A stretch of 64,000 bases of DNA from Centroscyllium fabricii (lineage: Eukaryota): NCBI GenBank assembly GCA_051313645.2, contig JBNRSN020000029.1, forward strand, positions 24,180,001-24,244,000, written 5' to 3'. Of this stretch, positions 51,319 through 61,490 are shown piece by piece. Both the position numbers and the translations under genes were made by a program. The notes under the pieces are model-generated. The model worked only from the letters and a program-made list of their open reading frames with translations, searched no databases and was not told the origin of the DNA. The stretch's first letter is position 1, and each line of letters starts with the position of its first letter.

Positions 51319-52708
51319 AGCCCTGCCCCAGGGGTGGGGTGGGCTTCGGGTTTAGTTGAAATCTCCCATGATTATTATGTTATGTAATTTACTCATAATA
51401 GATTTGCTACAATTTCCCTTCCAGTGTTAGGTGGTCTGTATAATAACCTTTTCAGCATTATTTTAATGTGACTGGGAACCCTGCTCTCATGAGGCATGTT
51501 TGCCCTAAATGAAAACACGCTCAGCAGATCAGCAGGAATCGCTTGCAAATGATTCAATAATTTAAGATACATTTACAAATTTATGAAACTCATTCAATTG
51601 CAGAGACAGGCTGTCAAAAATAATTTAAAAACAGGCCCAGTAGAATTACGGAGAGGAGCACATCAGAGGCAATGTGTACATAAGCAGACGGATATCTAAC
51701 TGGACGATGAAAGGTAATAAGATGTGTTCAGGAATGTGGCTGGATGGGACGTGGAGGCGGAGGCTGGAACCCAAAGCAAGCGTCGCTCGAGATTAACAGA
51801 GACATCTTGCAGGATTCTAAGCCCCTGGTGGGGCCTGGCACATCCTGGACAGCTCATTTTAAAACTGGGGGTGCAGAAGCTGTGATCAGCTCATGGAATG
51901 GCTCAGAGCACAAGCTGGGCTCAGTGTTAGTGTGTGTTCGGACAGTCCTCTCACATCAGGAATCTTGAGAGAGAGAAAGGGGGAAACTCGGAGAGTGGCA
52001 GGGGCAGAGAGAGAGGGGACACGTACAGAGGGGAGAAAAAGAGGTAGATTAAGAAAAAGAGTAGAGACAGAAAGGGAGCAAGAGAGAGATGGGTAGAGAG
52101 GGAAGGGACATAAGTGATACAAAGAGAGAAAGAGATATTTAAGCAAATAGATTGTGGGGAAGAAAGAATGAGGCAGAGATAGAGGAGGCAAAGATGAGAT
52201 AATACCTGAGATAGCGAGAGAGAGATTAAGGCAGAGAGAAGAAAGAGGAGCAATTCAGAGGGACTGAGTGACAGAGAAGAGAAAGACAGAGTGAGAAACA
52301 TCCAGGCAGAGAGAAATGAGAGAGGTAGAGAGAGAAGAGGGAGACAGAGCCAAGGTGAATGAGAGAGAAAATAAGGCAGGGAGATATTGGGCCATTCAGA
52401 GAGAAAGAAACAGAGGCTGACAGACAAAGAACGTGTTATGAGGCATTTACACAGGTTCCCTGAAGCGGTTTCCTCTTCCCATTTCCTGCGATTCCCAAAT
52501 CTTCTCCAAGCCTCATTCCACGCACGAACACGTTGTCCTCGGACACACTGATCCTAAAGAGACACAAGACACGAATGTGAAGCTGTGATCAATGCAGTAA
52601 GTTTTATTTATGAGTACAGCCCATTATTCTGACAGCAGTAAAACAGGGTCCGGGGTTTGGGACCTAAACAATCAAACAGAGCCTGCTTCCCGTGAAGGAA
52701 CGTTTCAT

Positions 52709-52830
52709 TCAGCGAGAATGTGGAGAGCTGGGGCTGGTGGGACTCCAGCACTCGATCTTGCACTGTTTCGGTCTGCAACATCCAAACCCACCGGGGCAGG
52801 ATAGTGGGAAAGACAGATACGTATGGCGAG
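52709..52830 (-). pseudogene. Beta-defensin-like C-terminal relic, paralog 3, truncated by CR1
   Basis: TYLSFPLSCPGGFGCCRPKQ; 3'UTR and flank 52460-52770 match 35520-35820, including AATAAA. Confidence 0.6.
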
Positions 52831-52849
52831 CTGGATGTCGCCGGGACTG

Positions 52850-54120
52850 GTGAACTATTCCAAATAGAGATTCAGGTGCTGAGGTTTTGCACACTGGCAT
52901 AGATTGGCAATTGGTTAATAGACAGGAAACAGAGAGCAGGAATTAATGGGTATTTTTCGGGGTGGCAGGCAGTAACTAGTGGAGTACCGCAGGGATCAGT
53001 GCTTCGGCCCCAGCTATTCACAATATAGATCAATGATTTGGATGACGGAAAAAATGTAATATTTCCAAGTTTGCTTGCGACACAAAACTAGGTGGGGTGG
53101 TGAGTGTTAAGGAGGATGCAAAGCGGCTTCAATGCGATGTGGACAGGTTGAGTGTGTGGGCAAATACATGGCAGATGCAGTATAATGTGGATAAATGTGA
53201 AGTTATCCACATCGGTAGGAAAACCCGTAATGCCCCAGTTTCACTGGAGGCTACGAATTGCCGAATCGTGCCGATTGTGAAATTTGGCCGATTCGTGGGT
53301 AATTCTTGCGATTCGTAGTGGATTCGTAGTGGATTCGTAGAGTTCGCGGAAGTTCGCGGGATTTCCTTGAGGTTTCAAGAAAGTTTTTGTTTGTCAAAAA
53401 ATTTCGTGGGAGGGTTCACGAATGCCCAATTCGTGATAGATTCCTAAACAATTCTTGACCCTTTCTTACCATTCTTAACCCTTTCTTACCGTTCGTAACT
53501 GATTCGTAGTGGATTCCTAGTGCATTCTTGCCTATTCTTGGGCATTCTTGATTTTTTCAAATTCGTGGAAAAACGCCGAATTCATCACGAATGTCCACGA
53601 ATGTCCACGAATGTCCACGAATGCACTACGAATGCACTACGAATGCAATTCGTAGATAATTCGTAGCTAATTCGTAGAATTCGTAACTAAATCGTGGAGG
53701 TCGTAGTGGATTCGTTAATTAATTCTTCATATTCGTGAGTGATTCGTACCTCATTCCTACAATAATTCGTGATAGATTCGTAACCTTGTCCAGAATCGCC
53801 AAGAATTCACCAAGAATCGCCAAGAATCAACCAAGAATTTTCGCATTTTTTGCAGAATCGCCAAGAATTTCGATTCTTGATGATTCTTGATATTCTTGAC
53901 ATTCTTAGCCTCCGGCAGAGTATTATTTAAATAGTGATAGATGGGGAAACGCTGATGTACAAAGGGATCTGGATGTCCTTGTACACCAGTCACTGAAAGC
54001 AAACATGCAGGTGCAGAAAGCAGTTAGGAAGGCCAATGGTATGTTGGCCTTCATTGCAAGAGGATTTGAGTACAGGAGCAACGATGTCTTACGACATCTA
54101 GTTACACAGGGCCTTGGTAA
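52850..54120 (+). mobile_element. CR1 RT fragment split by an insertion
   Basis: SGVPQGSV, WQMQYNVDKCEVIH, KANGMLAFIARG. Confidence 0.88.
53232..53914. mobile_element. Non-coding insertion rich in ATTCGT/ACGAAT motifs (MITE-like)
   Basis: Interrupts CR1; CTGGAGGCTACGAA near the left end is inverted against TTCTTAGCCTCCGG at the right end. Confidence 0.65.
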
Positions 54121-54206
54121 AGTGGTGAAGGGGACATTAGTTCAGAGTTGTTTCTGCTTAGATGCAAATTACAGGAAATGGAATGATTGAATACCGCGCA
54201 TTGGCG

Positions 54207-54288
54207 GACGAGGTGGCCGAGAGGTTAAGGTGATGAACAGCTAATCGATTGCGCTCTGCACGCGTGGGTTCGAATCCCATCCTCGTCG
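54207..54288 (+). pseudogene. tRNA-Ser(GCT), decayed anticodon arm
   Basis: Same family as 10546. Confidence 0.8.
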
Positions 54289-54692
54289 TTATTGTTTTGC
54301 ACTGAATGTTGCGGAAAACAGGATTTGCAGTCGCAATTTCATCGAAATCACACTGGTGAGTCAGCGCTGTGCCCCTGCACTCTTCATGTCTTGTTAATAT
54401 AATAGCAGACCCCTGGCGTTCTTGAACTGAAGGTGGAGCAGTAATCGCGAATCGCAGTTACTCAACGAAAGACTATCAGGCACAAAGACAAATGATCCGG
54501 GAGCAGTACCATAACATATCCGATTCGCAGGAAATGTAATTTCAACAATATTTATCGACCGTAATGGCGAGATTTTCTCTTTTAGTTTCATTGGTTGAGA
54601 GATACATTATGGGGAGTAATCCTCAATCTTTTACATAGAAACATAGAAGCAGGAGTAGGCCATTCGGCCCTTCGAGCCTGCTCCGCCATTCA

Positions 54693-55386
54693 ATGAGAAT
54701 GAGACTACAAAGGTCAGCAAAGAAGTAAGAAACTCATTGGGAAAACAAAAGTTTAAATGCACCAAGAAGTAAGAAACTAAATAGATCTCTAGTGGGAAAC
54801 GAAACTGAGAATGTGTAAGGAAAGGAGAATACTATTAGTACAAGGTCGTCATTAGGATAAAAGTAAGAGATAGTATGAACTTTTGAACTGGGTAGTTAAT
54901 GCTGTTGTAAGATACTGACTGTGAAACACACGACTAATTCTGAAGAATGCTGCATATTCTGTTATCTGAGTAAACCTCCTGGCTTTGTAGTGCTAATTCA
55001 ACCAGGATGTCCTTGGCAGTTAATGGGCAGTGAAACATAACAGAAGATGTCACTGGCAGCTAAAGGAGGCAATAAAATATAGAACTGTTGTTTGGGAATT
55101 GGGGAATTGGCGCCTTCTTTGTGTTTTAAAGTAACAAGTCCTGACCCCTGGGGTCACTGCTGTAACTGTGACTGTGCAGCTGCATGATAAGAAACGGTGG
55201 AAAACTGTTTAAATATGTTACCCTCTGTATGTCAAATTGCCTTTGCTCTGTGCACTCCACAGACTCTAGTGTGAGTCTGCGCAGAGGTCTCAGAGTATTG
55301 GGCCCGCGGATGATAATAAATGTGTTGAACCTTCCGACTGTATTCGACTCAATGATTGCTGAACCAGTCGGATGGAAAATAACTCA
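54693..55386 (+). mobile_element. Probable solo LTR inserted in a SINE tail (partial copy at ~57473-57930)
   Basis: TGAG..CTCA ends, AATAAA; absent from the paralogous SINE at 10977. Confidence 0.6.
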
Positions 55387-55394
55387 GATCGTCA

Positions 55395-55715
55395 AGATCA
55401 TGGCTGATCATCCAAACCCAGCACCCTGTCCCGTACTTTTCCCCATATCGCTCTGGAGCCTGCACCGACACATATACCACCCTATCCCCACAACCCCACG
55501 TATTCAATCCCACTAACACTAAGGGTCAATTTAGCCTGGCCAATCAATCTAACCCGCACATCTTTGGACTGTGAGAGGAAACCGGATAACCCGGAGGAAA
55601 CCCACGCAGACACAGGGATAATGTGCAAACTCCACACAGATACTACCCGAGGCTGGAATTGAACCCCGGTCTCTAGTGCTGTAAGGCAACAGTGCTAACC
55701 ACTATGCCACCGTGC
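55395..55715 (-). mobile_element. HE1/V-SINE-like SINE, paralog of 10977
   Basis: Head and core, same flanks. Confidence 0.85.
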
Positions 55716-55843
55716 GGCATAATTTCATGGGATCTGAGGCCTCGGCTGAACGTCATGCCAGAAAGACGGCACCGCTGACATTTCAGTTCTCCCTCAGCAC
55801 TGCAATGGAGTGTCAGCCAGGATTATGTGTTCAGGTCTCTGGA

Positions 55844-56003
55844 CAAATGCAAGAAGTCATGCAACACCAGATTATAGTCCAACAGTTATTTTAAATCACA
55901 AGCTTTCTGAGCTTTTGATTTAAAATAAAACAGTTGGACTATAATCTGGTGTTGTGTGACTTCTTGCATTTGTCCACCCCAGTCCAACACCGGCACCTCC
56001 AAA
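55844..56003. mobile_element. Palindromic Penelope-derived insertion
   Basis: Hairpin 55841-55975, flanked by duplicated TCAGGTCTCTGGA. Confidence 0.75.
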
Positions 56004-56381
56004 TCAGGTCTCTGGAGTGCGACTTGCGGTTGCTCCCGCTGAGCAACGTCTGACACCTAAATTCAATTCATTCGGCTGGAATGAAATGACGGAGATAAAG
56101 TGAGAATGATAGTCGAGCAAAACTTCAAATTAACCCAGTAGAATAAATCGCGCATTGTCATCTGCCGCCCGTTATATAAACCGCCGATTTATATTTCCAT
56201 CCGTTTCATAAGCAATGATAATCAGGCCTGTCTGTAATTGCGGGGTCAGTCAAGGTTCACTCTGCGTCTGGTTAAACCGGGTATGGTCACAGTCCCGGAT
56301 CATTCAGTGGGGCAGTATATTTTTTTAAATAGCGATCCCAGATGTGATGGCCGAGTTGGTGAGGTGTAACTAAATATGGAC

Positions 56382-56470
56382 GGGCTCGTTCGCGAAGCGA
56401 ACCCGGGATTTCTCACATTTTAAGTAGCGCAACTCCCAAAGCGAGAATCATTCCCCTAGACCAAGGAGAC
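56382..56470 (-). pseudogene. Intron-containing tRNA-Pro(TGG), T-arm decayed
   Basis: TTGGTCTAGGGGAATGATTCTCGC-TTTGGG[AGTTGCGCTACTTAAAA]TGTGAGA. Confidence 0.8.
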
Positions 56471-56650
56471 GCCGAGACCCTGACCGAAATTGCATTAGGT
56501 TGCCCTGCGCTGTTGTGAACCCATTTCGCAGAGGACCTGTTCATTGAATAGAAATATCTTTATCTTTTCTGAAATTCACTTCTTTATATTAGCTGGTTCT
56601 CTGAATCTGCTCACAATTCTGTGCACTAGATGAACTGCGGAGCTAGCAAT

Positions 56651-56739
56651 GGCCGCATGGCCTAATGGATAAGGCGTCTGACTTCGGTGTACATTGTTCA
56701 GTTATCAGAAAATTGCAGGTTCGAGTCCTGCTGCGGTCG
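56651..56739 (+). tRNA. tRNA-Arg(TCG) with 16-nt intron, cloverleaf intact
   Basis: GGCCGCATGGCCTAATGGATAAGGCGTCTGACTTCGG[TGTACATTGTTCAGTT]ATCAGA..CCTGCTGCGGTCG. Confidence 0.9.
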
Positions 56740-56987
56740 TTTAAATAAATGGGTTAATCTTTTTCTTCCCTATTCTGAATCAAGTTTCCAAACGACCATT
56801 TATTTCAGTTCCTCACCTGAAAATAACGGAAGGCCTTTTGCTTACATGAAGCTGATTGTATATTTTTCAACATTGTAGATCTGACTGCTCGGGCAGGACA
56901 AGCGGTGAAGGGGACATTCGTTCAGAGTTGTTTCTGCTTAGATGCAAATTACAGGAAATGGAATGATTGAATGCAGTGCATTAGGCA

Positions 56988-57069
56988 GACGAGATGGCCG
57001 AGAGGTTAAGGCGATGGACTGCTAATCGATTGTACTCTGCACGCGTCGGTTCGAATCGCATCTTCGTCG
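56988..57069 (+). pseudogene. tRNA-Ser(GCT), decayed
   Basis: Same family; stem mismatches. Confidence 0.8.
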
Positions 57070-58279
57070 TTATTACTTTGCACTGAATGTTGCGTAAAAC
57101 AGGATTTGTAGTCGCAATTTCATCGAAATCACACTGGTTAGTCAGCGCTGTGCCCCGCACTCTTCATGTCTTGTTAATATAATAGTAGACCCCTGGCGTT
57201 CTTGAACTGAAGGTGGAGCAGTAATCGCGAAAGGCAGTTACTCAAAGAAAGACTGGCAGGGACAATGCCAAACGATTCGGGAGCAGTACCGTAACATTTC
57301 CCGTTCGCAGGAAATGTAATTTCAACAATATTTACCGACCTTAATGGCGAGATTTTCTGTTTTAGTTTCATTGGTTGAGAGATAAATTATGGGGAGTAAT
57401 CCTCAATCTTTTACGTAGAAACATAGAAGCAGGAGTAGGCCATTCGGCCCTTTGAGTCTGCTCCGCCATTCAATGAGAATGAGACTACAAAGGCCAGCAA
57501 AGAAGTAAGAAAGTCATTGGGAAAACAAAACTTTAAATGCACCAAGAAGTAACAAACTAATCAGACCTCTAGTGGGAAACGAAACTGAGAATGTAATACT
57601 ATTAGTACAAGATCGTCATTAGGATAAAAGTAAAAGATAGTAGGAACTTTTGAACTAGGTAGTTAATGCTGTTGTAAGATACTGACTGTGAAACACACGA
57701 CTAATTCTGAAGAATGCTGCATATTCTGTTATCTGAATAAACCTCCTGGCTTTGTAGAGCTAGTTAAACCAGTATGTCCTCGGCAGTTAATGGGCAGTGA
57801 AACATAACCGAAGATGTCACTGGCAGCTAAAGGTGGCAATAAAATATAGAACTGCTGTCTGGGAATTGGTGAAATGGCGCCTTCTTTGTGTTTTAAAGTA
57901 GCAAGTCCTGACCCCTGGGGTCACTGCTGTTAGATTTGTGTTTCTCTGTATAGTTCTGCACAAACTCAAAACACTACAGTGTCGCTCGCTCTCCCCCATT
58001 CCCAGCCCTGGCCGTGCAGAAAGCCCCTCTCAAATCTGCACATTCCGGCTGCTTTGTGTTGAATTGTGAAAGATTATTCAAGGGTCCTGCAGCGTTGCCT
58101 CAGTTCACAACAGCAGCAGACCTGAGCCGCGTTTCTGCAAACTACGAACCAAGTTCTCCAGAATTGCAAGGTGTATAAGGAGCTCTGCCATTAAAATCCC
58201 TTTCTTTAACCACAGCGATTCAGGAAATCTTCTGATCGAAAAGCCTTTATCGTCCTTGTCAATATCTCTCGTCTATTTC

Positions 58280-59200
58280 ATTTCATTCCTGCCTCTACAC
58301 CCTTTATCTGTGCTTTGACCAACTCGCTAAATGAGTTATCAACTACATTCTCAGCATCGCGAATGCTCCTATATGAATCCAGCCACAGCTCCAGTGCCAC
58401 AACGTGGTCTGATATTAGCCGCAGTTGGATACACGTCCTGCACACATGTTTGTCAGGGACATAGGAAGTGTACCTGATTTCCGACATAAAGCAGGAGTAG
58501 CATACCATGGGTCTGAGCGGTCCTGACATGACTTACCCATTAATTAAGTTAGATTAATTCAATACCACCAATTAAAGATATACTCAAGGGCGCTTGTTTG
58601 TCAGAAGTCCCCCGCTATACCACAGAGACCCTAGAAAAAATAAACTGCTGAACTGAAGTTATCTTACAGCTAAATTATATTTTTAAGGGCTCTGGTTTAC
58701 AAACAAACTATATACCGAGTTTAGTTTTCAAAACACTGACATACTTCCCACTCAATCATTTACCTCTTTTGTGGTGACTTCACACTGTAAGAAGCGCGCT
58801 AAAGTGAGGTTTCGAACTCACCCGGGCCTTAGCGCACTGGTCCCTGCGCTCATGACTCCAAGCACTGTAAGAAAGATGCGAAAGTGAGGTTTCCCAATAA
58901 CATTTGCCTCGGCTCACTGGTCCGTTCGCTTCCGACTCCAACCACTTCCTTTAGATTAAGTTAATTTTTTATTTTTTTGGTTTCCAGCCGCCACTGCTAC
59001 ACCTCTGAGCTTTGAAACTTTCAACCAGAGCTTAAGTTTGGAACCTGGATTGCTGCCTCGCCCCTCGCCGCCGCTCACCGCTCCCTCGCACGTTCGATCC
59101 CTCCGATGCCTCGGGGCTCCGGCCCAGCCGCTCTCCGCCGTCTCTTTAAGGTTTCGCCGCCGCTCGCCGCACCCTCGCACGTCCGCTCCCTCCGATGCCT
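58280..59200 (-). mobile_element. CR1 5' fragment (5'UTR + ORF1 zinc finger)
   Basis: MSG..CYSC..HVCRTCIQL..LELWLDS. Confidence 0.75.
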
Positions 59201-59202
59201 CC

Positions 59203-59765
59203 AGACCAGCATTTATTGCCCATTCCTCATTGTCCTTGAGGAGGTGGTGGTGTGCCGCCTTCTGGAACCGCTGCAGTCCGTGTGCTGCGGAATATTCCCA
59301 CGGTATTGTTAGAGAAGGAGTTCCAGGATTTTCACCAGTGAAAATGAAGGAATGGCAATATATTTCCAACTGAGGATGATGTGTGACATGGAATGGAACT
59401 TGGAGGTGATGGTGCTCCCATGTTCCTGCTGCCCCTGCCCATCTAGGTGAATGATTTCACGGGTTTTGGAGGTGCTACCGAAGAAGCCTTGGCGAGTTGC
59501 TGCAGTGCATCTTGTAGATGGTACACACTGCATTCACGGTACGCCGGTGGAGGAGGGTGTGAAGGTTTAAAATGGTGAATAGGGTGCCAATCAACAGCGC
59601 TGCTTTGTCCTGGATGGTGTCGAGCTTCTTGAGTGCTGCTGGAGCTGCACTCATTCGAGCAAGTGGAGTGTATTCCATCACACGCATGACTTGTGCCTTG
59701 TACATGGCGGAAATGCTTTAGAGAGTTAGGAGTTGCGACAGTCGCCACAGAATATCCAGCCTCTG
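59203..59765 (-). mobile_element. Non-LTR 3' fragment, same family as 41490
   Basis: YKAQV..LDTIQDKAA..IYKMHC. Confidence 0.8.
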
Positions 59766-60199
59766 ACCTCTTGTAGACACAGTGCTCAGCGGTCCCCAGA
59801 CATGGCTCAGGCAGGGACCGGCAGCTCTCCGTCGGTAGATTACAGAGCGGGGATGCCGCGATGTTGTTGGTGTGGCCTGGCTGCTGCTGCTTACGCCTCT
59901 CGCACTCCGAAAGCCGGGGTGGCGGTCTGCACCGATGTCCCTTCCTAAGACTCGGCGTTACTTGTAAACTATGAGCCTCGTAGCGGGAACGCCAGCGTAT
60001 CTGCATTCACAGTAAATTGCTGTGTGTTTGAATCACTACGGGATCACTGAGCGTTCATAGTTTGCGGTCCTGAATTTATATCAGGGCACTGTTTGAAGTA
60101 TTCAATGTCCAGTTTTGGGGCAATAATTATTTCAGATTTATGTGCGCTTTTTTGTTACTTTTGATTACCTTGTCAGATTTTCTGTTAGAGGGTATTTTG

Positions 60200-61490
60200 C
60201 AAATTTTATACTGGAACAATGCTTAACCGATGTGGTGCGCTCACTGATCGTAGAATAACTCTCTCGCCCACTTGATTGTGATTTCTGATGAGGTAACAGA
60301 GAGGGTAGATGAGGGAAATACGGTTGACGTGGTCTGCATATACTTCCAAAATCCATTTGACTATGTGCCCCCTAATAGACTTGCCGAGAAAGGTAAAGCC
60401 CATGGAATAAAAGGGACAGTGGCAGCATGAATACGAAATTGGTTAAGTACAGGAAACTAGAGAGTTGTGGTGAACTATTACTTTTCGAAATTGAGGAAGG
60501 TGTTCCCGGGGTCGGTTCTAGAACCACTGCTTTTCTTGATAAATATTAATGACTTAGATGTGTGGGGCGTTTACGGCACAATTTCAAAAGTTGCAGCTGA
60601 ATCAAAACTTGGAAGTATAGTGAACAGTGGGCAGGATAGTGACAGAGTTCAAGAGATCATAGACAGGCTCGGGCAATGGGCGGGCACGTGGGAGGTGAAA
60701 TCTAACGCAGAAAAATGCGAAGTGTTGCATTTTGGTAGAAAGAATGAGGAGATGAAATGTCAACTAAAGGGTACAATCCTAAAGCGGGTGCATGAACAGA
60801 GAGACCTGGGGGTATATGTGCTCAAATCATTGAAGGTGGCAGAGCAGGTTGGGAAAGCAGTTAAAGAAAGCTTAGGGGATCCTGGGCTTCTTATGATGCT
60901 CCTGTTTAAAACACTGGTTCGGCTCCAACTGGAGTATTGTGTCCAATTCTGGGCACCACAATTTAGGAGGGATATGAAGGCCTTAGAAATGGTACAGAAA
61001 AAGATTGACAAGAATGATTCCAGGGATGAGGGATATCCGTTACCTGGATAGACTGGAGAAGCTCGGTTTGTTATCCTTAGAACAGAGATAATTGAGAGGA
61101 GATTTGTTGGAGGTGTTTAAAATAATGAGGGGTCTGGACAGAGTAGTTAGAGAGGAACTGTTCCCATTGGCAGTAGTGTCGAGAATCAGAGGGCAGATAC
61201 TTAAGGTGATTGGAAAAAAAAACCAAAGACGACATAAGAAGAGCCTTTTTTAGACAGCGAGTGACAAGGATCTGGAATGCACCGCCTGAAAAATGGTGGG
61301 GGCAGATTCCATCACAGCCTTTAAAATGGAGATGGATATGTAACTGAAGGAAAGAAAATGCAGCGCTACAGGGAAAGGACGGGAGAGTGGGACTCGCTGA
61401 AGTGATCTTGCTGAGAGCCGGCACGGACTGGAAGTGCCGAAGGGCCTTCTTCCGCGCTGTAAACATTCTAATCTCTGATTCTGTGAAAGG
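60200..61490 (+). mobile_element. CR1 RT 3' portion
   Basis: GSVLEPLLFLININDL, KCEVLHFGR, YCVQFWAP. Confidence 0.9.

Noticed and set aside
58790-58945. B-box-like doublet
   Set aside because: No cloverleaf; lies within a CR1 5'UTR
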